Position numbers and translations under genes: made by a program. Below the pieces are notes generated by a model. It ran no database searches and was not told where the DNA came from. It saw only the letters and a program-made list of their open reading frames with translations. A stretch of DNA of 64,000 nt from Chloroflexota bacterium (lineage in GTDB: Bacteria; Chloroflexota; Dehalococcoidia; GIF9; JBFMDU01): NCBI GenBank assembly GCA_040753815.1, contig JBFMDU010000021.1, positions 5,011 to 69,010 on the forward strand, given 5' to 3'. Each line of letters starts with the position of its first letter. Positions within the stretch are counted from its first letter, which is position 1. Positions 15,822 to 24,591 of the stretch are shown piece by piece.

Positions 15822-16766
15822 CTACTGGTACAGGTTCCCTGCTAGCCAGTACCGCTTCCGCTCCCGATCAGTAGCTATAACTTGAAGCCCAAGCGGCTTG
15901 ATAACTTCGTCCAGGTACTTCGTCAGACCTACCCGTGATAGCGTCGCTCCGATTCTCTCCCTCTTCTTTCCATTGCTTGCGTACCATTCAGTAGTTTTTC
16001 TAACGAGCTCCGGGACTTTGTCATCGCCAACGAAAATGGCGACCTCATAAGCCATGAGCGGATGCTTACCATGTTTACCGCCAACCCTCACGAGGTGACC
16101 TTTCCGTTTCTCCTGCCATGCCGATGACGGACATACTTTAATGCAGTCCCCGCAGTAGATACACTTCTCAGGGATGTGCCGCGGAAATCCGTCGTCGTCT
16201 TTGACTATCGCCCCATCTTCACAGGCTAGAATGCACGCTCCGCACTGGTCGCACAGTTCTCGGTCCCATACTGGCTCCACAACCCCCTGAAAACCGAGGT
16301 CCATTTCTCTGGTCCTGGCGCAGTCAATCGGACAACCGGAGAATGACACCTTGAACTTGTGGGGACATTGTGTCCCGAAAAAGAGCCGGTCAACCTCCAG
16401 GCTCATCTTAACCGTATCGGTAATACCGTTAGGATTGTAGTCACAGCCGCCGCAGGCGGTTGGGACACGGACTCTCGGCCCGCAGGACGCTATGCCCAGA
16501 CCGGCTTCGCCCAACTCCTTGCGGACACTGTCGATGACCGCCCGGTCGACATGAAGTATCTCCAGAGACTGCCGTACCGTAGTATGCAGGAGACCTGTGC
16601 CGTACCTCTCAGCTACCTCGGCCACTTTCCTCAGCTTCTCGGAAGTTATTCGCCCGGCCGGCACCCGTATCCTCAGGGTAAAAAGGTCGTCCTGCCTTTC
16701 TTTGATAAAGCCGCCTGATTTAAGCTCATTAATGTCAAGGGATGTCTTTTCTGCTGTATCTGTCAT
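15822..16766 (-). CDS. Small sulfite/nitrite-reductase-family protein with ferredoxin insert (AsrC/DsrAB-like)
   Basis: Siroheme/4Fe-4S-type Cys clusters are present (SCGPRVRVPTACGGC; SGCPIDCAR). An inserted 2x[4Fe-4S] ferredoxin motif follows (CDQCGACILAC ... CIYCGDCIKVCP). Confidence 0.65.
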   Translation of the reverse strand: MTDTAEKTSLDINELKSGGFIKERQDDLFTLRIRVPAGRITSEKLRKVAEVAERYGTGLLHTTVRQSLEILHVDRAVIDSVRKELGEAGLGIASCGPRVRVPTACGGCDYNPNGITDTVKMSLEVDRLFFGTQCPHKFKVSFSGCPIDCARTREMDLGFQGVVEPVWDRELCDQCGACILACEDGAIVKDDDGFPRHIPEKCIYCGDCIKVCPSSAWQEKRKGHLVRVGGKHGKHPLMAYEVAIFVGDDKVPELVRKTTEWYASNGKKRERIGATLSRVGLTKYLDEVIKPLGLQVIATDRERKRYWLAGNLYQ

Positions 16767-16819
16767 TGTTCAGGATGCTCCTTCTTTATTGGTCAAGCCC
16801 GTTACTCCCTTTTACCTGG

Positions 16820-18112
16820 CTACACAGGCGGCTTGAACAGCACGCCGGACCACAACAGCCACACAATCAGCAAGGCCCAGACAATGTTGAATGTCTGCCC
16901 GACCAGGAAAGCTGCGGCTGGCTTGCCTTTACCAACTACAACTAATTCCCTGAACCGGGTATCGAGCCCGATGCTTACAAAGGCCAGGGTGAAGAACCAC
17001 TCCCGATAGCCCTTAGTCAGACCTAAAACTGCGCTGGTTGCCTGAGTCCCTAATACCGGCTCAACTACCACGGAGAAGGCTACAGATGCCAGTACGAAAC
17101 CAATTATGAACTTCGGCAAACGGTACCATATTTCAATCAGGCGCGGCCGCTCGGAGCCGGCATTGTTCTCCGGAGAGAAGGTGGCCCAGATAGCCAGCAA
17201 GAACGCGGCAAAACCGATGAGGACGTTCTGCGCCATCTTCACCAGAGCCGCCGATTGGAGACCAGCATTGGGGTCAACCAGAGTACCGCTGGCAACCACC
17301 GCGCCGGTAGTGTCGATTGTGCCGCCTATCCAGGCGCCAGCCACCTGAGGAGCCATCCCCAGCGCCTTGGCCAGAAGCGGCATGGCAACAAGCATCGGCA
17401 TGGCAACCAGCAGGACCAGGGATATGACGTAACTTGTCTGCCTGGGATTACCTTTGACGGCACCGCCAGCCGCAATCGCCGCGGAGACGCCGCAGATTGA
17501 GACGCCGGATGCCATGGTGCTGGAAAAGGTCTTGGCCATCCCGAACCTGCGGGCGACCCAGTAAGTGAAGAACCACACCACCGGCACAACCAGAAGCGCC
17601 TGCCCCATTCCAATCACTCCACCCTTCACTATCGTGGAGAAAAGTATCTCGGCGCCGAGAAGCACCAGGCCTATCTTGATGAAGAACTCAGTCTGGGCTC
17701 CAGCCTTGAGCCACTCCGGCAAACGCCAGATATTGCTGATGATTAATCCAAGTATCAACGCCCACAGAACAGTCTCTAACCCCCAGCCGCTGAAAACGGC
17801 GTATTTTCCCACCCATGACGCTAAGAAGGCCAGACCGAAGACAACAGTAAAACCGGGTATGAACTGCCTGAGACTGCGGCCGGACAACTTGATCCCGGGC
17901 AGGGTGACGGCCAGCAGGAGTATGAACAACACGAGGGTTGGAAGTATTGTGTTAAGACCCGCAGGAAAAGCCTGAGTGACACCTGTCCACTGCTTGATTG
18001 AAGGTAATGAGGGGAGCCACCGAAAAACACCGAGAACCAGTATGATTCCGCCCACCCAAACCGCCCACCAGTCATCTTTTTTCCAGAGTGAAGACCAATC
18101 AGTCCTGTTCAT
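16820..18112 (-). CDS. YeiH/UPF0324-family membrane protein (putative sulfate/sulfite exporter family)
   Basis: 430 aa and polytopic. The LPKFIIGFVLAS motif and overall hydrophobic pattern are typical of the family as I recall it. Confidence 0.6.
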   Translation of the reverse strand: MNRTDWSSLWKKDDWWAVWVGGIILVLGVFRWLPSLPSIKQWTGVTQAFPAGLNTILPTLVLFILLLAVTLPGIKLSGRSLRQFIPGFTVVFGLAFLASWVGKYAVFSGWGLETVLWALILGLIISNIWRLPEWLKAGAQTEFFIKIGLVLLGAEILFSTIVKGGVIGMGQALLVVPVVWFFTYWVARRFGMAKTFSSTMASGVSICGVSAAIAAGGAVKGNPRQTSYVISLVLLVAMPMLVAMPLLAKALGMAPQVAGAWIGGTIDTTGAVVASGTLVDPNAGLQSAALVKMAQNVLIGFAAFLLAIWATFSPENNAGSERPRLIEIWYRLPKFIIGFVLASVAFSVVVEPVLGTQATSAVLGLTKGYREWFFTLAFVSIGLDTRFRELVVVGKGKPAAAFLVGQTFNIVWALLIVWLLWSGVLFKPPV

Positions 18113-18238
18113 GTTTCTCCTATCTTAATTTTGGTATGTCTAAACCGGGACCGCCTCGTTGATTGCCATCTGGTACACATGCACCTGTTCATGCCTTTTC
18201 TCCTTTTTGTTATTCTCGGTTACTGGATCCTGTCGGTT

Positions 18239-19483
18239 TTACCTGGTAACCATCAGGACGAAACGCCCTGCATCATCCCGTGATGAAGTCTGTTTGAGAC
18301 CCAGTCGATTGAATTCCTGGACAGTGTTCTTGAATGACTCCCGGTCGGCCAGAAGGAGCCGTGCCGTTTCACCCGGCGAGAGGTCATTAAGTGCTTCTAC
18401 GGCTTTTATTTTGGACAGCGGACATACGAGGTTACTGAGGTCAAACTCCTTAGTACGCTCGGCTGGCTTACCGGTCTCTGCTTCTAGAAACTCCTTATAA
18501 AAGCTCAGGTATTTGAGGGCATCGTCCGGGGAGATGACTACGGCCAGACCATGCCTGGTCTTACCGTAATTAAGCGCGGCAGCCAGCACGGCGCCGGTAG
18601 TCGGGCCAACCAGAATGCCATCACGCCTTGCCATCTCCAATGCCGTCCTGAACGCGGTGTCATCGGCTACTTCCACCACCTCGTCAAGGACAGAGCGGTC
18701 CAGTATTTTGGGGACGTACTCCGGAGCAAGGTTCGATATCTTCTTGAGCCCTGGCAGTTTGTGATTTACCACGGCCGGTTCCACGCCGATAATCCGGATA
18801 TCCGGATTCTGCTCCTTAAGAAACCGCCCGACGCCGGAAATGGTGCCGCAGGTGCCTAATCCGGCGAAGAAGTAAGCGACCCTGCCCTGCGTTTGCCGCC
18901 ATATCTCCGGTCCGGTATTACGGTAGTGAGCCTCGACGTTTAACGGGTTCTCATACTGGTTGGGGCTAACGAACCTGTCTTTTGTAGCCGGGCTTTTTAT
19001 GAGGGCGTTGACCAGACCTCTGGCACCCTCCGATGGAAACATGGGGCACAGGGCATCATCGGCCTCAAGCAACTCGGCACCAAGGAGCCTGAGGAGCAAT
19101 TTCTTTTCTTCAGGAATTCCACTGGGAACAGCGATCTGGACGGGTATGCCCATGGCGTTGGCCAGCCCCGTAAGGGCAATGCCGGTGTTGCCTGAGGAAG
19201 GCTCAACAATTGTCTTATCGCCGCGGTTGAGGCCGCGGAGCATTTCGAGGGCGATTCGGTCTTTTATCGACCCGAAGGGGTTGTATCTCTCGAGCTTGAG
19301 GTATATCTCAAATCCGGGCGAGGGATTGAGGCGGTTGACCCTGACCATGGGCGTTGGGTTATCCGTGCTGGCGATAAGCTGAACGACATCGGAATATACC
19401 CTGAGCCTGTGGTCTGTCGCCTCAGGGTTGCTCTCCCCCTGGAGTGTAGTAATCTGCTGTTGGACTTCGCTGATTGGTGTCAT
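18239..19483 (-). CDS. PLP-dependent cysteine synthase-like enzyme (CysK/CysM fold) fused to a C-terminal TusA/SirA-like sulfurtransferase domain
   Basis: KLERYNPFGSIKDRIA (PLP Lys) and EPSSGNTGIAL mark the CysK fold. The C-terminal ~75 aa reads DLSNLVCPLSKIKAVEALNDLSPGETARLLLAD, comparable to TusA LRCPEP...PGETLLIIAD. I moved the start to ATG 19483, with GGGAGGAG upstream. Confidence 0.8.
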   Translation of the reverse strand: MTPISEVQQQITTLQGESNPEATDHRLRVYSDVVQLIASTDNPTPMVRVNRLNPSPGFEIYLKLERYNPFGSIKDRIALEMLRGLNRGDKTIVEPSSGNTGIALTGLANAMGIPVQIAVPSGIPEEKKLLLRLLGAELLEADDALCPMFPSEGARGLVNALIKSPATKDRFVSPNQYENPLNVEAHYRNTGPEIWRQTQGRVAYFFAGLGTCGTISGVGRFLKEQNPDIRIIGVEPAVVNHKLPGLKKISNLAPEYVPKILDRSVLDEVVEVADDTAFRTALEMARRDGILVGPTTGAVLAAALNYGKTRHGLAVVISPDDALKYLSFYKEFLEAETGKPAERTKEFDLSNLVCPLSKIKAVEALNDLSPGETARLLLADRESFKNTVQEFNRLGLKQTSSRDDAGRFVLMVTR

Positions 19484-19539
19484 GGGCTGTTCTCCTCCCT
19501 GTGCTGAGCACTTGTACCGTTCCCGTGAAACGCGCAACT

Positions 19540-19569
19540 CCTTCCTGTCCCATGCATGGGACAGGAAGG
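19540..19569. promoter_or_regulatory. Perfect 30-bp palindrome in divergent promoter region
   Basis: CCTTCCTGTCCCATG|CATGGGACAGGAAGG: I checked each half as the exact reverse complement of the other. It lies between the cysK-tusA start (19483, minus) and the 5'-nucleotidase start (19727, plus). Confidence 0.4.
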
Positions 19570-19726
19570 GTACACACGCACGGAGTACCCCAAGGCATGG
19601 AGTAAGCCCGGAAATACATCTTGAGCATTTTAATCAACATTGTTAGCATTATATCCAGAACTTTGTACTCTGTCAAGGGGCGCAGGGCTCTATACTCCAC
19701 CAGGCCTGTGATAGAATCTCAGGGAG

Positions 19727-21250
19727 ATGAGAGTCCCACAGGTATTGATACTGGCGCTGGCCATTCTCGCTATTTCCTGCTTCGGTGGTCCGCCGCCGCC
19801 AGATACTTTATCAGCAGTCACCATCCTCCACAGTAACGATACCCACGCCTCGCTTGATCTTGTTGCCCAGCGAGCGGCGCTTATCAGCCAAGCCCGCTCT
19901 GAAGTGGGTAAAGACAACTTGCTTCTACTCGATGCCGGCGATGTTTTTGCCGGCACTCCTTATTTCACCCTCTACCATGGGCTGGCTGACCTGTGGTTTT
20001 TCAATTACATGGTTTATGACATAATGTGCCTGGGCAATCATGAGTTCGACGAAGGCCCGACCAGCCTGGCTAAGTTCCTTGTCGGGGCGAAGTTCTCGGT
20101 CATCAGCGCCAATGTCGACCTGTCACGTGAGCCGTTACTTGCCGGTAAGACGAGACCGTACGTCATCATCGACCGGGCCGGCCGGAAGTTCGGTGTCTTC
20201 GGGCTCCTTACCGAGGACACCAGCGAGATTTCCAGCCCCGGGCCGACGGTCAAAATCAACGACCACACTGAATCCGCACGGAACATGGTGGCCGAACTGC
20301 AAAAACAGGGACTGAACCGAATTATCGCCCTGACACACATCGGCTGGGACGTCGACCTGAAACTGGCGAAAGATGTCGAGGGCATCGACCTGATTGTCGG
20401 CGGCCACAGCCATACTGTCCCGGACAAGTACCCGACGCTCGTGAACAGCGATGCTACGCCAACCCTGGTCGTCCAGGCCGGGGCCTATAACCAGTACATC
20501 GGCCGCCTGGCCCTCAAGTTCGATAAGACCGGCATTATCCGCCAATGGCAGGGGAGTCAGTTAATCTCGATAACCGATAAATTGCCGGCCGACAGCGCCT
20601 GCTCCGCCAAGCTGAGCGAGTACTCCGCGCCGCTGGCACAGTTGAAACAGACCGTTGTCGGCAAGACGGCGGTGCTCCTCGACGGCGACCGCGAGCATGT
20701 CCGCAGTCAGGAGACCAACCTGGGGAACCTTATCGCCGACTCAATGCTCTGGCGCGCCGCTAGTTTGAAGCCGGACGTTGCTTTGATGAACGGAGGGGCT
20801 ATCCGCGCCTCAATCCCGCCGGGAGATATCAGCCTGGGGAACGTCCTCAGCGTCCTGCCCTTTAACGGCTTTTACATGGCGGTTGACCTTAGCGGCCGCC
20901 AGCTAACGGCGGCAATCGAGAATGGCGTCAGCCAGGTAGAAGAGCAGGCAGGACGCTTTCCGCAGGTGAGCGGTCTCCGCTTTACTTGGGACCCGAAAGG
21001 ACAGCCGGGCAACCGCGTCAGGAGCATCGAGATGAAAACGCCGGCGGGTTACAAGCTTATCGATACCAGCGCCACTTACCGGGTCATCGTCAGCAACTAC
21101 CTCGCTGGCGGTGGTGACGGTTACACCGTGTTCAAAGAGGCCGCCAACGTTATCAACCTCGGCTACCCCGATTATGATACCCTGGCTAATTACATCAAGG
21201 CCATGTCACCAGTCATCCCGCGGGTTGAGGGCCGCATCACGCGACTTTGA
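19727..21250 (+). CDS. Bifunctional metallophosphatase/5'-nucleotidase (UshA-like) lipoprotein
   Basis: Signal peptide plus lipobox (LALAILAISC). Metallophosphatase motifs HSNDTH, DAGD and GNHEFD. C-terminal 5'-nucleotidase domain. Confidence 0.85.
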   Translation: MRVPQVLILALAILAISCFGGPPPPDTLSAVTILHSNDTHASLDLVAQRAALISQARSEVGKDNLLLLDAGDVFAGTPYFTLYHGLADLWFFNYMVYDIMCLGNHEFDEGPTSLAKFLVGAKFSVISANVDLSREPLLAGKTRPYVIIDRAGRKFGVFGLLTEDTSEISSPGPTVKINDHTESARNMVAELQKQGLNRIIALTHIGWDVDLKLAKDVEGIDLIVGGHSHTVPDKYPTLVNSDATPTLVVQAGAYNQYIGRLALKFDKTGIIRQWQGSQLISITDKLPADSACSAKLSEYSAPLAQLKQTVVGKTAVLLDGDREHVRSQETNLGNLIADSMLWRAASLKPDVALMNGGAIRASIPPGDISLGNVLSVLPFNGFYMAVDLSGRQLTAAIENGVSQVEEQAGRFPQVSGLRFTWDPKGQPGNRVRSIEMKTPAGYKLIDTSATYRVIVSNYLAGGGDGYTVFKEAANVINLGYPDYDTLANYIKAMSPVIPRVEGRITRL

Positions 21251-21257
21251 CACCAGC

Positions 21258-22412
21258 TTATTTGTTAGAGACTGCTGGAATACGGATGGCCTTGTAAAAA
21301 CCCATCGCCGGACCGTCCTGCCGAGTAATGTCCTTATTAAGTTTCAGCCGCCAGGCTATTTGCCCGGCCCCCGTCACCTCTAACAGCACCGTGTGGCCGG
21401 TTATCAAGGTGTTGCCGTTGGGCAGTCGGTCGGCGTCCCTGAGCAATTGACGCGGCATGGTGAAGCTCCAGACTGTTTTCCCGGAAGCCGGGTCGATTTC
21501 AAGCGCCGTCTGGTCAGGCTGGCTGTGGTTGGCTACCAGCAGGTTGCCGTTGGCCTGCATCTCCGGGTCATGCTGGTCCTTGAACACTCCCTCGCCAATA
21601 AGTCTTAGCACCTTACCGGAGGGGTCAAGTTCGGCGACAAAATTAAAATTCCTCAAGCTGACCAGGGTGTTGCCGTTAGCCAATCGCGATACCGAGTTGG
21701 TATGGGTCCAGCCTTCATTGGAGATAGTGTTATACGGGGCACGGTTAAAATAGTCTCTGGCATACCACGACCAGACCACCTTACCCTGAGGGTCAACCTC
21801 CTGTATCTGAGCGTCACCGAGCTGGTCCATGGCCCCGTAAACAAATACGGTATTGCCGTTGGGCAGACGGTCGGCATCGTGGGACACTTTCGAGTCAAGG
21901 AATGACCAGACCACTTTGCCCTTCCGGTCAATCTCATAGATGCCGTTTCGGGGCAGGACGAAGATGATGTTACCATTGGTCAATGGCTCGACATCGAAAC
22001 CAGGGTTGTCGAATTGCTTCAGGTTTTCTGGGACGAGATACTCCCAGATTACCTCACCCAGCATATTGACCTCAACGATGCGCGGCCGGTCAGCAACGTG
22101 GTTATCAGCGAAGATAGTCGTTCCGGAGTATGCCAGTTCCGGGCGGTATACCTCGACAGTCCAGTCGGGGTCGGGAACACCGCGCTGCATGACTGGCTCG
22201 GCAGGCTTTGGCGTTGGTGTAGGTGTGGTTGGCGTTGGAGTCGCCGGCGTAGATACAGCGACAGGCGGCGTTGCCGTCGGTTGGGGCGTAGCCGGGATGG
22301 ATGGGGCGGGCAATGGCACCGGCGCGGCTGTCTGCCCGGCGCACCCGGCAAGGACTAGTGCAACAAGCAGAAGCGATGCCAGCAGTCCTCCGACTATTTC
22401 CATGCCTCTCAC
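21258..22412 (-). CDS. Beta-propeller lipoprotein, arylsulfotransferase (ASST)-like family
   Basis: Lipobox LVLAGC followed by a Pro/Thr-rich linker. Repeated blades carry [HD].....LPNGNT-type motifs (DADRLPNGNTLI, HDADRLPNGNTVFV, HTNSVSRLANGNTLVS). Confidence 0.55.
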   Translation of the reverse strand: MRGMEIVGGLLASLLLVALVLAGCAGQTAAPVPLPAPSIPATPQPTATPPVAVSTPATPTPTTPTPTPKPAEPVMQRGVPDPDWTVEVYRPELAYSGTTIFADNHVADRPRIVEVNMLGEVIWEYLVPENLKQFDNPGFDVEPLTNGNIIFVLPRNGIYEIDRKGKVVWSFLDSKVSHDADRLPNGNTVFVYGAMDQLGDAQIQEVDPQGKVVWSWYARDYFNRAPYNTISNEGWTHTNSVSRLANGNTLVSLRNFNFVAELDPSGKVLRLIGEGVFKDQHDPEMQANGNLLVANHSQPDQTALEIDPASGKTVWSFTMPRQLLRDADRLPNGNTLITGHTVLLEVTGAGQIAWRLKLNKDITRQDGPAMGFYKAIRIPAVSNK

Positions 22413-22580
22413 AGCACAAGGTTAGCATAGCTTTGTCAGTACGGCAAAGATTACTACCCTCAATCCTCACCTCTGATAAAATCAGGAGGATCGCAAACGA
22501 CTACCCTGAAAGAAACACTAAGATGGGGATGAAATTAAGCACCGTATGCTTGAACTGCGGCCAATCATTTACATTTCGCT

Positions 22581-22919
22581 TTGGCGGTGGCCTTGCTTTC
22601 CACCTTTCTACGTTGCAACATATGCAGTAATGAAAAGACAGTGACATTCAATGAAATCAAACGAGACCATGTCCGCTACCTTAAAGGACACGATATACTA
22701 CTGCAAGATATGATGTATTACATACAAAGAGCGGACGTACAAGCTGTTCGAGACTGCCAGGAGGAGCTAATTTCGTATAAGCTCTATATAAAAGCGGTGG
22801 GGAGAGCGGCGGGAAGATGCACGTGCGGCGGGCGTTATAAATACAATGCTAGGCCCAGGTGCCCATGCTGTAAATCTACACGGCATAGCAAGGGTAAAAT
22901 CATCGCCTTATACGACTGA
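22581..22919 (+). CDS. Cys-rich (zinc-ribbon-like) hypothetical protein, possibly the 3' part of a frameshifted gene starting at 22523
   Basis: TTG-start ORF in a low-GC stretch with CNIC ... CTCGG ... CPCC. An upstream 35-codon ORF in another frame (22523-22630, MGMKLSTVCLNCGQSFTFRFGGG...) supplies a CxxC at ribbon-like spacing. Confidence 0.4.
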   Translation: MAVALLSTFLRCNICSNEKTVTFNEIKRDHVRYLKGHDILLQDMMYYIQRADVQAVRDCQEELISYKLYIKAVGRAAGRCTCGGRYKYNARPRCPCCKSTRHSKGKIIALYD

Positions 22920-22939
22920 CGTGCTGCGACTTAGCCAAC

Positions 22940-23791
22940 TTAATGCTCGGCGATGAATTCACTCAGAAAGTCCTTGAATTTCCTTTTACGAACTGGGATG
23001 GGCAAAACTCTGCCCGAACCCAAGTAACAATTCGATTCTTTATCATCAAGAGTCTTGTCCCACCTACCCGAGCTTCCCATCCATAGAATCTTGTCGACCT
23101 GGGCTGTACTCCATTGGGTCAACTCTGACATACGCCGCATGATGCTGAAGCACCTAAATTCGCGGTTCTTCATGTTCTTAGGAAGCCATCCTACTCCTTT
23201 TTCGCCGAGAACGTTATCCATGACGTGAACATCAGGCTTACCGAAATTATCCATGCCAATCTCTTTCAGAAAGTCGCATGCTATTGCTGGGCCGATACCC
23301 CTTATATCGTCCAAATCGATTACAATACTCCAAGCAGACACGGTCTGCGAGCTCTTAGCATCGAGATGGCCGTATAACCCATCGATATTTACGAATTTGA
23401 GTAGCCACTTAGCACCACAAAACGCACCGTCGATAAAGACCTTCCATGACCTTTTATCAAGTTCTCTCGAAGACAAACCTGTTACATTTGCCACCAATTG
23501 TTTAACGACGTCTTTGTCACGCGCAATATTTCCCAAATTCGCATTGATCAATCGCTTTTTTATGGCATCAAATATGTTGTCATTTATGACCAACCTCATC
23601 TTTCCGCTATTGCGTATCGAATCACACATGCGAACGTGAACCTGAAGCAAGGTCGGGAATGCTGACCTGAGGTTTTCGCGTTTGTAGTAATCGATCTCGC
23701 AATTTAATGCCTCCCGACCTCCGATGCCTAGTAGAAGCTGATAAGCACCTTCGATAAGTTCTTTAAGGTTTTTATCGTTCAATGGCACCAT
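22940..23791 (-). CDS. Hypothetical protein with helix-hairpin-helix/GPD-like (DNA glycosylase superfamily) motif
   Basis: 283 aa, low GC. IRGIGPAIACDFLKEIGMDNFGKPDVHVMDNV aligns by eye with EndoIII [31 protein letters not shown], giving an HhH followed by the Asp position. The rest is unrecognised. Confidence 0.45.
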   Translation of the reverse strand: MVPLNDKNLKELIEGAYQLLLGIGGREALNCEIDYYKRENLRSAFPTLLQVHVRMCDSIRNSGKMRLVINDNIFDAIKKRLINANLGNIARDKDVVKQLVANVTGLSSRELDKRSWKVFIDGAFCGAKWLLKFVNIDGLYGHLDAKSSQTVSAWSIVIDLDDIRGIGPAIACDFLKEIGMDNFGKPDVHVMDNVLGEKGVGWLPKNMKNREFRCFSIMRRMSELTQWSTAQVDKILWMGSSGRWDKTLDDKESNCYLGSGRVLPIPVRKRKFKDFLSEFIAEH

Positions 23792-23961
23792 GTTGTCCTC
23801 CTCACGCTTCGATCGCTATTAGCGACATCCTCACGATGGCATTTTCGATGCTTGGAACCTTTATCCACCTACAACCGAATTATACTACGAGATGGTGAAA
23901 CCCAGACGATCCGCGTCCAAACCATCAAACAGCCAAGGCGGCAAAGTAGCTCAACGTAATG

Positions 23962-23982
23962 TATAATTGAGAACTCATTATA
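23962..23982 (+). promoter_or_regulatory. AT-rich inverted repeat overlapping a TATAAT (-10); candidate Fur/PerR-family box
   Basis: TATAATTGAG-aa-CTCATTATA sits 19 nt upstream of the rubrerythrin ATG. It resembles the TTATAAT-n-ATTATAA type of PerR/Fur half-sites. Confidence 0.3.
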
Positions 23983-24000
23983 AGTTGAAGAGGTAGAACC

Positions 24001-24576
24001 ATGAAAAGCATCAAAGGTACGAAGACTGAAGCCAACCTGCTGGCGGCTTTCGCCGGCGAATCGCAGGCAAGAAACCGCTACACCTACTTCGCTTCGGAAG
24101 CAAGAAAAGAAGGTTTCGAGCAGATATCGGCCATCTTCCAGGAGACCGCTGACAATGAGAAGGAGCACGCCAAGCGCTTTTTCAAGTTCCTCGAGGGTGG
24201 TGAGGTCCAGATAACCGCCAGCTACCCCGCTGGTGTCATCGGCGACACTAAAGGCAACCTGGCCGCGGCCGCCGCTGGTGAGCGGCTCGAACACACTGTA
24301 CTTTATCCCGGCTTTGCTGAGATAGCCGACCGAGAAGGTTTCCCCGAGGTTGCCGCCACTTTCCGCTACGTCGCAATGGTTGAGGTAGAACACGAGAAAC
24401 GCTATCTGGCCCTGCTCAAGAACCTGGAAAAAGGCCGGGTCTTCAAACGGGACGAGCCAGTGCGGTGGAAATGCCGCAATTGCGGCTACATCCATGTGGG
24501 TAAGGAAGCTCCGGTTAATTGCCCCTCATGCCAGCACCCGCAGGCATTCTTCGAACTGGCGACCGAGCCGTACTAG
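24001..24576 (+). CDS. rbr: Rubrerythrin
   Basis: N-terminal diiron ferritin-like domain ([26 protein letters not shown]). C-terminal rubredoxin-like WKCRNCGY...CPSCQHP. Confidence 0.9.
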   Translation: MKSIKGTKTEANLLAAFAGESQARNRYTYFASEARKEGFEQISAIFQETADNEKEHAKRFFKFLEGGEVQITASYPAGVIGDTKGNLAAAAAGERLEHTVLYPGFAEIADREGFPEVAATFRYVAMVEVEHEKRYLALLKNLEKGRVFKRDEPVRWKCRNCGYIHVGKEAPVNCPSCQHPQAFFELATEPY

Positions 24577-24591
24577 TCAGCCGAGCTCTTC

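Noticed and set aside
23869-24495. 208-aa ORF on the minus strand
   Set aside because: It lies entirely antisense to the well-supported rubrerythrin gene (24001-24576). It has no recognisable motifs and looks like a typical high-GC shadow ORF.
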